Assembly (NCBI GenBank): GCA_964016885.1
Contig: OZ024741.1
Span: 10,478,001 to 10,542,000, forward strand
DNA length: 64,000 nucleotides
Reading direction: 5' to 3'
Origin: Eledone cirrhosa
Lineage: Eukaryota
The notes under the pieces were generated by a model. The model was given only the letters and a program-made list of their open reading frames with translations, was not told where the DNA came from and ran no database searches. The translations under genes were made by a program, and so were the position numbers. Shown one piece after another: positions 1 to 11,800 of this stretch (position 1 is the first letter of the stretch; every line of letters begins with the position of its first letter).

Positions 1-969
1 GTGGTGATAGTGGTGGAGGTGGTGGTGTTGGTGTTGTTGGTGGTGGTGTTGATAGTGGTGGAGGTAGTGGTGTTGGTGTAGTTGGTGGTGGTGGTGATAG
101 TGGTGGAGTGGTGGTGTTGGTGTTGTTGGTGGTGGTGGTGATAGTGGTGGAGGTGGTGGTGTTGGTGTTGTTGGTGGTGGTGGTGATAGTGGTGGAGGGG
201 GTAGTGTTGGTGTTGTTGGTGGTGGTGGTGATAGTTGTGGAGGTGGTGGTGTTGGTGTCGTTGGTGGTGGTGGTGATAGTGGTGGAGGTGGAGGTGTTGG
301 TGTTGTTGGTGGTGGTGGTGATAGTGGTGGAGGGGGTAGTGTTGGTGTTTTTGGTGGTGGTGGTGATAGTGGTGGAGGTGGTGGTGTTGGTGTTGTTGGT
401 GGTGGTGGTGATAGTGGTGGAGGTGGTGGTGTTGGTGTTGTTGGTGGTGATAGTGGTGGTGGTGGATTGTGTTGGTGTCATTGGTGCTGGTGGTGGTGGT
501 GGTGATAGTGGTGGAGGTGGAGGTGTTGGTGTTGTTGGTGGTGGTGGTGGTGGTGGTGATAGTGGTGGAGGTGGTGGTGTTGGTGTTGTTGGTGGTGGTG
601 GTGATAGTGGTGGAGGTGGTGGTGTTGGTGTTGTTGGTGGTGGTGGTGATAGTGGTGGAGGTGGAGGGGGTAGTGTTGGTGTTGTTGGTGGTGGTGGTGA
701 TAGTGGTGGAGGTGGTGGTGTAGGTGATAGTGGTGGAGAAGGTGGTGTTGGTGTTGTTGGTGGTGGTGGTGATAGTGGTGGAGGTGGAGGTGTTGGTGTT
801 GTTGGTGGTGGTGGTGATAGTGGTGGAGGTGGTGGTGTTGGTGTCGTTGGTGGTGGTGGTGATAGTGGTGAAGGTGGTGGTGTTGGTGTTGTTGGTGGTG
901 GTGGTGATAGTGGTGGAGGGGGTAGTGTTGGTGTTGTTGGTGGTGGTGGTGATAGTGGTGGAGGTGGTG

Positions 970-3900
970 GTGTTGGTGTTGTTGGTGATGGTGGTGATAG
1001 TGGTGGAGGGGGTAGTGTTGGTGTTGTTGGTGGTGGTGGTGATAGTGGTGGAGGTGGTGGTGTTGGTGTTGTTGGTGGTGGTGGTGATAGTGGTGGTGGT
1101 GTTGGTGTTGTTGGTGGTGGTGGTGATAGTGGTGGAGGGGGTAGTGTTGGTGTTGTTGGTGGTGGTGGTGATAGTGGTGGAGGTGGTGGTGTTGGTGTTG
1201 TTGGTGGTGGTGGTGATAGTGGTGGAGGTGGTGGTGTTGGTGTTGTTGGTGGGGGTGGTGATAGTGGTGGTGGTGGTGGTGTTGGTGTTGTTGGTGGTGA
1301 TAGTGGTGGAGGTGGTGATAGTGGTGGAGGTGGTGGTGTTGGTATCGTTGGTGGTGGTGGTGATAGTGGTGGAGGTGGTGGTGTTGGTGTTGTTGTTGGT
1401 GGTGGTGATAGTGGTGGAGAGGGTAGTGTTGGTGTTGTTGGTGGTGGAGGTGATAGTGGTGGAGGTGGTGGTGTTGGTGTTGTTGGTGGTGGTGGTGATA
1501 GTGGTGGAGGTGGTGATAGTGGTGGAGGTGGTGGTGTTGGTGTCGTTGGTGGTGGTGCTGGTGATAGTGGTGGTGGTGTTGGTGTTGTTGGTGGTGGTGG
1601 TGATAGTGGTGGTGGTGGTGGTGTTGGTGTTGTTGGTGGTGGTGGTGATAGTGGTGGTGGTGGTAGTGTTTGTGTCGTTGGTGGTGGTGGTGATAGTGGT
1701 GGTGGTGGTGGTGTTGGTGTTGTTGGTGGTGGTGGTGATAGTGGTGGTGGTGGTGGTGTTGGTCTCGTTGGTGGTGGTGGTGATAGTGGTGGAGGTGGTG
1801 GTGTTGGTGTTGTTGGTGGTGGTGGTGATAGTGGTGGTGGTGGTGGTGTTGGGGTTGTTGGTGGTGGTGGTGATAGTGGTGGAGGTGGAGGTGTTGGTGT
1901 TGTTGGTGGTGGTGGTGATAGTGGTGGAGGTGGAGGTGTTGGTGTTGTTGGTGGTGGTGGTGATAGTGGTGGAGGTGGTGGTGATAGTGGTGGAGGTGGA
2001 GGTGTTGGTGTTGTTGGTGGTGGTGGTGATAGTGGTGGAGGTGGAGGGGGTAGTGTTGGTGTTGTTCGTGGTGGTGGCGATAGTGGTGGAAGTGGTGGTG
2101 ATAGTGGTGGATGTGGTGGTGATAGTGGTGGAGGGGGTAGTGTTGGTGTTGTTGGTGGTGGTGGTGATAGTGGTGGAGGTGGTGGTGTTGGTGTTGTTGG
2201 TGGTGGTGGTTATAGTGGTGGAGGGGGTAGTGTTGGTGTCGTTGGTGGTGGTGGTGATAGTGGTGGAGGTGGAGGTGTTGGTGTTGTTGGTGGTGGTGGT
2301 GATAGTGGTGGAGGTGGTGGCGTTGGTGTTGTTGGTGGTGGTGGTGATAGTGGTGGAGGTGGTGGTGTTGGTGTCGTTGGTGGTGGTGGTTATAGTGGTG
2401 GAGGGGGTAGTGTTGGTGTCGTTGGTGGTGGTGGTGATAGTGGTGGAGGTGGAGGTGTTGGTGTTGTTGGTGGTGGTGGTGATAGTGGTGGAGGTGGTGG
2501 CGTTGGTGTTGTTGGTGGTGGTGGTGATAGTGGTGGAGGTGGTGGTGTTGGTGTTTTTGGTGGTGGTGGTGATAGTGGTGGAGGTGGTGGTGTTGGTATT
2601 GTTGGTGGTGGTGGTGATAGTGGTGGAGGAGGTGGTGTTGGTTTCGTTGGTGGTGATAGTGGTGGAGGTGGTGGTGTTGGTGTTGTTGGTGGTGGTGGTG
2701 ATAGTGGTGGAGGTGGTGGTGTTGGTATTGTTGGTGGTGGTGGTGATAGTGGTGGAGGTGGTGGTGTTGGTGTTGTTGGTGGTGGTGGTGATAGTGGTGG
2801 AGGTGGAGGTGTTGGTGTTGTTGGTGGTGGTGGTGATAGTGGTGGAGGTGGTGGTGTTGGTGTCGTTGGTGGTGATAGTGGTGGAGGTGGTGGTGTTGGT
2901 GTTGTTGGTGGTGGTGGTGATAGTGGTGGAGATGGTGGTGTTGGTGTTGTTGCTGGTGGTGGTGGTGATAGTGGTGGAGGTGGTGGTGTTGGTATTGTTG
3001 GTGGTGGTGGTGATAGTGGTGGAGGTGGTGGTGTTGTTGTCGTTGGTGGTGGTGGTGATAGTGGTGGAGGTGTTGGTGTTGGTATTGTTGGTGGTGATAG
3101 TGGTGGAGGTGGTGGTGTTGGTGTCGTTGGTGGTGATAGTGGTGGAGGTGTTGGTGTTGGTGTCGTTGGTGGTGGTGGTGATAGTGGTGGAGGTGGAGGT
3201 GTTGGTGTTGTTGGTGATGGTGGTGATAGTGGTGGAGGTGGTGGTGTTGGTGTTTTTGGTGGTGGTGGTGATAGTGGTGGAGGTGGTGGTGTTGGTATTG
3301 TTGGTGGTGGTGGTGATAGTGGTGGAGGAGGTGGTGTTGGTTTCGTTGGTGGTGATAGTGGTGGAGGTGGTGGTGTTGGTGTTGTTGGTGGTGGTGGTGA
3401 TAGTGGTGGAGCTGGTGGTGTTGGTATTGTTGGTGGTGGTGGTGATAGTGGTGGAGGTGGTGGTGTTGGTGTTGTTGGTGGTGGTGGTGATAGTGGTGGA
3501 GGTGGAGGTGTTGGTGTTGTTGGTGGTGGTGGTGATAGTGGTGGAGGTGGTGGTGTTGGTGTCGTTGGTGGTGATAGTGGTGGAGGTGGTGGTGTTGGTG
3601 TTGTTGGTGGTGGTGGTGATAGTGGTGGAGATGGTGGTGTTGGTGTTGTTGCTGGTGGTGGTGGTGATAGTGGTGGAGGTGGTGGTGTTGGTATTGTTGG
3701 TGGTGGTGGTGATAGTGGTGGAGGTGGTGGTGTTGTTGTCGTTGGTGGTGGTGGTGATAGTGGTGGAGGTGTTGGTGTTGGTATTGTTGGTGGTGATAGT
3801 GGTGGAGGTGGTGGTGTTGGTGTCGTTGGTGGTGATAGTGGTGGAGGTGTTGGTGTTGGTGTCGTTGGTGGTGGTGGTGATAGTGGTGGAGGTGGAGGTG

Positions 3901-5870
3901 TTGGTGTTGTTGGTGATGGTGGTGATAGTGGTGGAGGGGGTAGTGTTGGTGTTGTTGGTGGTGGTGGTGATAGTGGTGGAGGTGGTGGTGTTGGTGTTGT
4001 TGGTGGTGGTGGTGATAGTGGTGGAGGTGGTGGTGTTGGTGTTGTTGGTGGTGGTGGTGATAGTGGTGGTGGTGGTGGTGTTGGTGTTGTTGGTGGTGAT
4101 AGTGGTGGAGGTGGTGATAGTGGTGGAGGTGGTGGTGTTGGTATCGTTGGTGGTGGTGGTGATAGTGGTGGAGGTGGTGGTGTTGGTGGAGGGGGTAGTG
4201 TTGGTGTTGTTGGTGGTGGTGGTGATAGTGGTGGAGAGGGTAGTGTTGGTGTTGTTGGTGGTGGAGGTGATAGTGGTGGAGGTGGTGATAGTGGTGGAGG
4301 TGGTGGTGTTGGTGTCGTTGGTGGTGGTGGTGGTGATAGTGGTGGTGGTGGTGGTGTTTGTGTCGTTGGTGGTGGTGGTGATAGTGGTGGTGGTGGTGGT
4401 GTTGGTGTTGTTGGTGGTGGTGGTGATTATGGTGGTGGTGGTGGTGTTTGTGTCGTTGGTGGTGGTGGTGATAGTGGTGGAGGTGGTGGTGTTGGTGTTG
4501 TTGGTGGTGGTGGTGATAGTGGTGGTGGTGGTGGTGTTGGCGTTGTTGGTGGTGGTGGTGATAGTGGTGGAGGTGGAGGTGTTGGTGTTGTTGGTGGTGG
4601 TGGTGATAGTGGTGGAGGTGGAGGTGTTGGTGTTGTTGGTGGTGGTGGTGATAGTGGTGGAGGTGGTGGTGATAGTGGTGGAGGTGGAGGTGTTGGTGTT
4701 GTTGGTGGTGGTGGTGATAGTGGTGGAGGTGGAGGGGGTAGTGTTGGTGTTGTTCGTGGTGGTGGCGATAGTGGTGGAAGTGGTGGTGATAGTGGTGTGT
4801 GTGGTGGTGATAGTGGTGGAGGGGGTAGTGTTGGTGTTGTTGGTGGTGGTGGTGATAGTGGTGGAGGTGGTGGTGTTGGTGTTGTTGGTGGTGGCGGTTA
4901 TAGTGGTGGAGGGGGTAGTGTTGGTGTCGTTGGTGGTGGTGGTGATAGTGGTGGAGGTGGAGGTGTTGGTGTTGTTGGTGGTGGTGGTGATAGTGGTGGA
5001 GGTGGTGGCGTTGGTGTTGTTGGTGGTGGTGGTGATAGTGGTGGAGGTGGTGGTGTTGGTGTCGTTGGTGGTGGTGGTTATAGTGGTGGAGGGGGTAGTG
5101 TTGGTGTCGTTGGTGGTGGTGGTGATAGTGGTGTAGGTGGAGGTGATGGTGTTGTTGGTGGTGGTGGTGATAGTGGTGGAGGTGGTGGCGTTGGTGTTGT
5201 TGGTGGTGGTGGTGATAGTGGTGGAGGTGGTGGTGTTGGTGTTTTTGGTGGTGGTGGTGATAGTGGTGGAGGTGGTGGTGTTGGTATTGTTGGTGGTGGT
5301 GGTGATAGTGGTGGAGGAGGTGGTGTTGGTTTCGTTGGTGGTGATAGTGGTGGAGGTGGTGGTGTTGGTGTTGTTGGTGGTGGTGGTGATAGTGGTGGAG
5401 GTGGTGGTGTTGGTATTGTTGGTGGTGGTGGTGATAGTGGTGGAGGTGGTGGTGTTGGTGTTGTTGGTGGTGGTGGTGATAGTGGTGGAGGTGGAGGTGT
5501 TGGTGTTGTTGGTGGTGGTGGTGATAGTGGTGGAGGTGGTGGTGTTGGTGTCGTTGGTGGTGATAGTGGTGGAGGTGGTGGTGTTGGTGTTGTTGGTGGT
5601 GGTGGTGATAGTGGTGGAGATGGTGGTGTTTGTGTTGTTGCTGGTGGTGGTGGTGATAGTGGTGGAGGTGGTGGTGTTGTTGTCGTTGGTGGTGGTGGTG
5701 ATAGTGGTGGAGGTGTTGGTGTTGGTATTGTTGGTGGTGATAGTGGTGGAGGTGGTGGTGTTGGTGTCGTTGGTGGTGATAGTGGTGGAGGTGTTGGTGT
5801 TGGTGTCGTTGGTGGTGGTGGTGATAGTGGTGGAGGTGGAGGTGTTGGTGTTGTTGGTGGTGGTGTTGAT
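970..5870 (+). repeat. Higher-order duplication: ~970-3230 recurs at ~3900-5870 (core offset 2688 bp)
   Basis: Shared rare variants at offset 2688: the C of GTTCGTGG at 2067/4755, the TTTTT run at 2554/5242, and TTTGTGTC at 1669/4357. GGTATCGTT at 1341/4140 has a slightly larger offset because of monomer gain or loss. Confidence 0.85.
2530..3930 (+). repeat. Nested tandem duplication, 699-bp unit x2
   Basis: The TTTTT run at 2554 recurs at 3253, followed by the same ordered variants (GGTTTCGTT, GGAGATGGT, GTTGCTGGT, GTTGTTGTC). Confidence 0.85.
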
Positions 5871-8800
5871 AGTGGTGGAGGTGGTGGTGTTGGTGTCGTT
5901 GGTTGTGATAGTGGTGGAGGTGGTGGTGTTGGTATTGTTGGTGGTGGTGGTGATAATGGTGGAGTGGTGGTGGTGGTGTTGTTGGTGGCGGTGGTGATAG
6001 TGGTGGAGATGGTGGTGTTGGTGTTGTTGGTGGTGGTGGTGATAGTGGTGGAGGTGGTGGTGTTGGTGTCGTTGGTTGTGATAGTGGTGGAGGTGGTGGT
6101 GTTGGTATTGTTGGTGGTGGTGGTGATAGTGGTGGAGGTGGTGGTGGTGGTGTTGTTGGTGGCGGTGGTAATAGTGGTGGAGGTGGTGGTGTTGGTATTG
6201 TTGGTGGTGGTGGTGATAGTGGTGGAGGTGGAGGTGTTGGTGTTGTTGGTGGTGGTGGTGATAGTGGTCGAGGTGGAGGTGTTGGTGTTGTTGGTGGTGA
6301 TAGTGGTGGAGGTGGAGGTGTTGGTGTTGTTGGTGGTGGTGGTGATAGTGGTGGAGGTGGTGGTGTTGGTATTGTTGGTGGTGGTGGTGATAGTGGTGGA
6401 GGTGGAGGTGTTGGTGTTGTTGGTGGTGGTGGTGATAGTGGTGGAGATGGTGGTGTTGGTGTTGTTGCTGGTGGTGGTGGTGATAGTGGTGGAGGTGGTG
6501 GTGTTGGTGTTGTTGGTGGTGGTGGTGATAGTGGTGGAGATGGTGGTGTTGGTGTTGTTGCTGGTGGTGGTGGTGATAGTGGTGGAGGTGGTGGTGTTGG
6601 TATTGTTGGTGGTGGTGGTGATAGTGGTGGAGGTGGAGGTGTTGGTGTTGGTATTGTTGGTGGTGATAGTGGTGGAGGTGGTGGTGTTGGTGTCGTTGGT
6701 GGTGATAGTGGTGGAGGTGTTGGTGTTGGTGTCGTTGGTGGTGGTGGTGATAGTGGTGGAGGTGGAGGTGTTGGTGTTGTTGGTGGTGGTGTTGATAGTG
6801 GTGGAGGTGGTGGTGTTGGTGTCGTTGGTTGTGATAGTGGTGGAGGTGGTGGTGTTGGTATTGTTGGTGGTGGTGGTGATAATGGTGGAGTGGTGGTGGT
6901 GGTGTTGTTGGTGGCGGTGGTGATAGTGGTGGAGATGGTGGTGTTGGTGTTGTTGGTGGTGGTGGTGATAGTGGTGGAGGTGGTGGTGTTGGTGTCGTTG
7001 GTTGTGATAGTGGTGGAGGTGGTGGTGTTGGTGTTGTTGGTGGTGGAGGTGATAGTGGTGGAGGTGGTGGTGTTGGTGTTGTTGGTGGTGGTGGTGATAG
7101 TGGAGTTGGTGGTGTTGATGTTGTTGGTGGTGGTGGTGATAGTGTTGGAGGGGGTAGTCTTGGTGTTGTTGGTGGTGGTGGTGATAGTGGTGGAGTTGGT
7201 GGTGTTGGTGTTGTTGGTGGTGATAGTGGTGGAGGTGGTAGTGTTGGTGTCGTTGGTGGTGGTGGTGATAGTGGTGGAGGTGGTGGTGTTGGTGTCGTTG
7301 GTGGTGGTGGTGACAGTGGTGGAGTTGGTGGTGTTGGTGTTGTTAGTGGTGATAGTGGTGGAGGTCGTAGTGTTGGTGTCGTTGGTGGTGGTGGTGATAG
7401 TGGTGGAGGTGGTGGTGTTGGTGTCGTTGGTGGTGTTGGTGATAGTGGTGGAGGTGGTGGTGTTGGTGTTGTTGGTGGTGGAGCTGATAGTGGTGGAGGT
7501 GGTGGTGTTGGTGTTGTTGGTGGTGGAGGTGATATTGGTGGAGGTGGAGGTGTTGGTGTCGTTGGTGTTGGTGGTGATACTGGTGGAGGTGGTGGTGTTG
7601 GTGTTGTTGGTGGTGGTGGTGATAGTGGTGGAGGTGGTGGTGTTGGTGTTGTTGGTGGTGGAGGTGATAGTGGTGGAGGTGGTGGTGTTGGTGTTGTTGG
7701 TGGTGGTGGTGATAGTGGTGGAGGTGGTGTTGTTGGTGTCGTTGGTGTTGGTGGTGATACTGGTGGAGGTGGTGGTGTTGGTGTTGTTGGTGGTGGTGGT
7801 GATAGGGGTGGAGGTGGTGGTGTTGGTGTCGTTGGTGGTGGTGGTGATAGTGGTGGAGGTGGTGGTGTTGGTGTTGTTGGTGGTGGTGGTGATAGTGGTG
7901 GAGGTGGTGGTGTTGGTGTTGTTGGTGGTGGTGGTGATAGTGGTGGAGGTGGTGGTGTTGGTGTTGTTGGTGGTGGTGGTGATAGTGGTGGAGGGGGTAG
8001 TGTTGGTGTTGTTGGTGGTGGTGGTGATAGTGGTGGAGGTGGTGGTGTTGGTGTTGTTGGTGATGGTGGTGATAGTGGTGGAGGGGGTAGTGTTGGTGTT
8101 GTTGGTGGTGGTGGTGATAGTGGTGGTGGTGGTGGTGTTGGTGTTGTTGGTGGTGATAGTGGTGGAGGTGGTGATAGTGGTGGAGGTGGTGGTGTTGGTG
8201 TTGTTGGTGGTGGTGGTGATAGTGGTGGAGAGGGTAGTGTTGGTGTTGTTGGTGGTGGTGGTGATAGTGGCGGAGGTGGTGGTGTTGGTATTGTTGGTGG
8301 TGGTGGTGATAGTGGTGGAGGTGGTGGTGGTGGTCTCGTTGGTGGCGGTGGTGGTAGTGGTGGAGGTGGTGGTGTTGGTGTTGTTGGTGGTGGTGGTGAT
8401 AGTGGTGGAGGTGGTGATGTTGGTGTTGTTGGTGGTGGTGGCGGTGGTGTTGGTGTCGTTGGTTGTGATAGTGGTGGAGGTGGTGGTGTTGGTGTTGTTG
8501 GTGGTGGAGGTGATAGTGGTGGAGGTGGTGGTGTTGGTGTTGTTGGTGGTGGTGGTGATAGTGGAGTTGGTGGTGTTGATGTTGTTGGTGGTGGTGGTGA
8601 TAGTGGTGGAGTTGGTGGTGTTGGTGTTGTTGGTGGTGATAGTGGTGGAGGTGGTAGTGTTGGTGTCGTTGGTGGTGGTGGTGATAGTGGTGGAGGTGGT
8701 GGTGTTGGTGTCGTTGGTGGTGGTGGTGATAGTGGTGGAGGTGGTGGTGTTGGTGTTGTTGGTGGTGGTGGTGATAGTGGTGGAGGTGGTGGTGTTGGTG

Positions 8801-11800
8801 TCGTTGGTTGTGATAGTGGTGGAGGTGGTGGTGTTGGTATTGTTGGTGGTGGTGGTGATAGTGGTGGAGTTGGTGGTGGTGGTGTCGTTGGTGGTGGTGG
8901 TGATAGTGGTGGAGGTGGAGGTGTTGGTGTTGTTGGTGGTGGTGGTGATAGTGGTGGAGGTGGTGGTGTTGGTGTCGTTGGTGGTGATAGTGGTGGAGGT
9001 GGTGGTGTTGGTGTTGTTGGTGGTGGTGGTGATAGTGGTGGAGATGGTGGTGTTGGTGTTGTTGCTGGTGGTGGTGGTGATAGTGGTGGAGGTGGTGGTG
9101 TTGGTATTGTTGGTGGTGGTGGTGATAGTGGTGGAGGTGGTGGTGTTGGTGTTGTTGGTAGTGGTGGTGATAGTGGTGGAGGTGGAGGTGTTGGTGTTGT
9201 TGGTGGTGGTGGTGATAGTGGTGGAGGTGGTGGTGTTGGTGTCGTTGGTGGTGATAGTGGTGGAGGTGGTGGTGTTGGTGTTGTTGGTGGTGGTGGTGAT
9301 AGTGGTGGAGATGGTGGTGTTGGTGTTGTTGCTGGTGGTGGTAGTGATAGTGGTGGAGGTGGTGGTGTTGGTATTGTTGGTGGTGGTGGTGATAGTGGTG
9401 GAGGTGTTGGTGTTGGTATTGTTGGTGGTGATAGTGGTGGAGGTGGTGGTGTTGGTGTCGTTGGTGGTGATAGTGGTGGAGGTGTTGGTGTTGGTGTCGT
9501 TGGTGGTGGTGGTGATAGTGGTGGAGGTGGAGGTGTTGGTGTTGTTGGTGGTGGTGTTGATAGTGGTGGAGGTGGTGGTGTTGGTATTGTTGGTGGTGGT
9601 GGTGATAGTGGTGGAGGTGGTGGTGTTGGTGTTGTTGGTGGTGGTGGTGATAGTGGTGGAGGTGTTGGTGTTGGTATTGTTGGTGGTGATAGTCGTGGAG
9701 GTGGTGGTGTTGGTATTGTTGGTGGTGGTGGTGATAGTGGTGGAGGTGGTGGTGTTGGTGTTGTTGGTGGTGGTGGTGATAGTGGTGGAGGTGTTGGTGT
9801 TGGTATTGTTGGTGGTGATAGTGGTGGAGGTGGTGGTGTTGGTGTCGTTGGTGGTGATAGTGGTGGAGGTGTTGGTGTTGGTGTCGTTGGTGGTGGTGGT
9901 GATAGTGGTGGAGATGGTGGTGTTGGTGTTGTTGGTGGTGGTGGTGATAGTGGTGGAGGTGGTGGTGTTGGTGTCGTTGGTTGTGATAGTGGTGGAGGTG
10001 GTGGTGTTGGTATTGTTGGTGGTGGTGGTGATAGTGGTGGAGGTGGTGGTGGTGGTGTTGTTGGTGGCGGTGGTAATAGTGGTGGAGGTGGTGGTGGTGG
10101 TGTCGTTGGTGGCGGTGGTGGTAGTGGTGGAGGTGGTGGTGTTGGTGTTGTTGGTGGTGGTGGTGATAGAGGTGGAGGTGGTGGTGTTGGTATTGTTGGT
10201 GGTGGTGGTGATAGTGGTGGAGGTGGTGGTGGTGGTGTCGTTGGTGGTGGTGGTGATAGAGGTGGAGGTGGTGGTGTTGGTATTGTTGGTGGTGGTGGTG
10301 ATAGTGGTGGAGGTGGTGGTGGTGGTGTCGTTGGTGGCGGTGGTGGTAGTGGTGGAGGTGGTGGTGTTGGTGTTGTTGGTGGTGGTGGTGATAGTGGTGG
10401 AGGTGGTGATGTTGGTGTTGTTGGTGGTGGTGGTGGTGGTGTTGGTGTCGTTGGTTGTGATAGTGGTGGAGGTGGTGGTGTTGGTGTTGTTAGTGGTGGA
10501 GGTGATAGTGGTGGAGGTGGTGGTGTTGGTGTTGTTGGTGGTGGTGGTGATAGTGGAGTTGGTGGTGTTGATGTTGTTGGTGGTGGTGGTGATAGTGTTG
10601 GAGGGGGTAGTGTTGGTGTTGTTGGTGGTGGTGGTGGTGATAGTGGTGGAGGTGGTAGTGTTGGTGTCGTTGGTGGTGGTGGTGATAGTGGTGGAGGTGG
10701 TGGTGTTGGTGTTGTTGGTGGTGGAGGTGATAGTGGTGGAGGTGGTGGTGTTGGTGTTGTTAGTGGTGATAGTGGTGGAGGTGGTAGTGTTGGTGTCGTT
10801 GGTGGTGGTGGTGATAGTGGTGGCGGTTTTGGTGTTGGTGTTGTTGGTGGTGTTGGTGATAGTGGTGGAGGTGGTGGTGTTGGTGTTGTTGGTGGTGGAG
10901 CTGATAGTGGTGGAGGTGGTGGTGTTGGTGTTGTTGGTGATGGTGGTGATAGTGGTGGAGGGGGTAGTGTTGGTGTTGTTGGTGGTGGAGGTGATATTGG
11001 TGGAGGTGGAGGTGTTGGTGTCGTTGGTGTTGGTGGTGATACTGGTGGAGGTGGTGGTGTTGGTGTTGTTGGTGGTGGTAGTGATAGTGGTGGAGGTTGT
11101 GGTGTTGGTGTCGTTGGTGGTGGTGGTGATAGTGGTGGAGGTGGTGGTGTTGGTGTTGTTGGTGGTGGAGGTGATAGTGGTGGAGGTGGTGGTGTTGGTG
11201 TTGTTGGTGGTGGTGGTGATAGTGCTGGAGGGGGTAGTGTTGGTGTCGTTGGTGTTGGTGGTGATACTGGTGGAGGTGGTGGTGTTGGTGTTGTTGGTGG
11301 TGGTGGTGATAGGGGTGGAGGTGGTTGTGTTGGTGTCGTTGGTGGTGGTGGTGATAGTGGTGGAGGTGGTGGTGTTGGTGTTGTTGGTGGTGGTGGTGAT
11401 AGTGGTGGAGGTGGTGGTGTTGGTGTTGTTGGTGGTGGTGGTGTTGGTGTTGTTGGTGGTGGTGGTGATAGTGGTGGAGGGGGTAGTGTTGGTGTTGTTG
11501 GTGGTGGTGGTGATAGTGCTGGAGGTGGTGGTGTTGGTGTTGTTGGTGATGGTGGTGATAGTGGTGGAGGGGGTAGTGTTGGTGTTGTTGGTGGTGGTGG
11601 TGATAGTGGTGGAGGTGGTGGTGTTGGTGTTGTTGGTGGTGGTGGTGATAGTGGTGGAGGTGGTGGTGTTGGTGTTGTTGGTGGTGGTGGTGATAGTGGT
11701 GGTGGTGGTGGTGTTGGTGTTGTTGGTGGTGATAGTGGTGGAGGTGGTGATAGTGGTGGAGGTGGTGGTGTTGGTGTTGTTGGTGGTGGTGGTGATAGTG

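Noticed and set aside
2952-2959. E. coli Chi site GCTGGTGG (also at several other GCT variants)
   Set aside because: It is one substitution from the GGTGGTGG background and is propagated by duplication. Nothing indicates an enterobacterial context.
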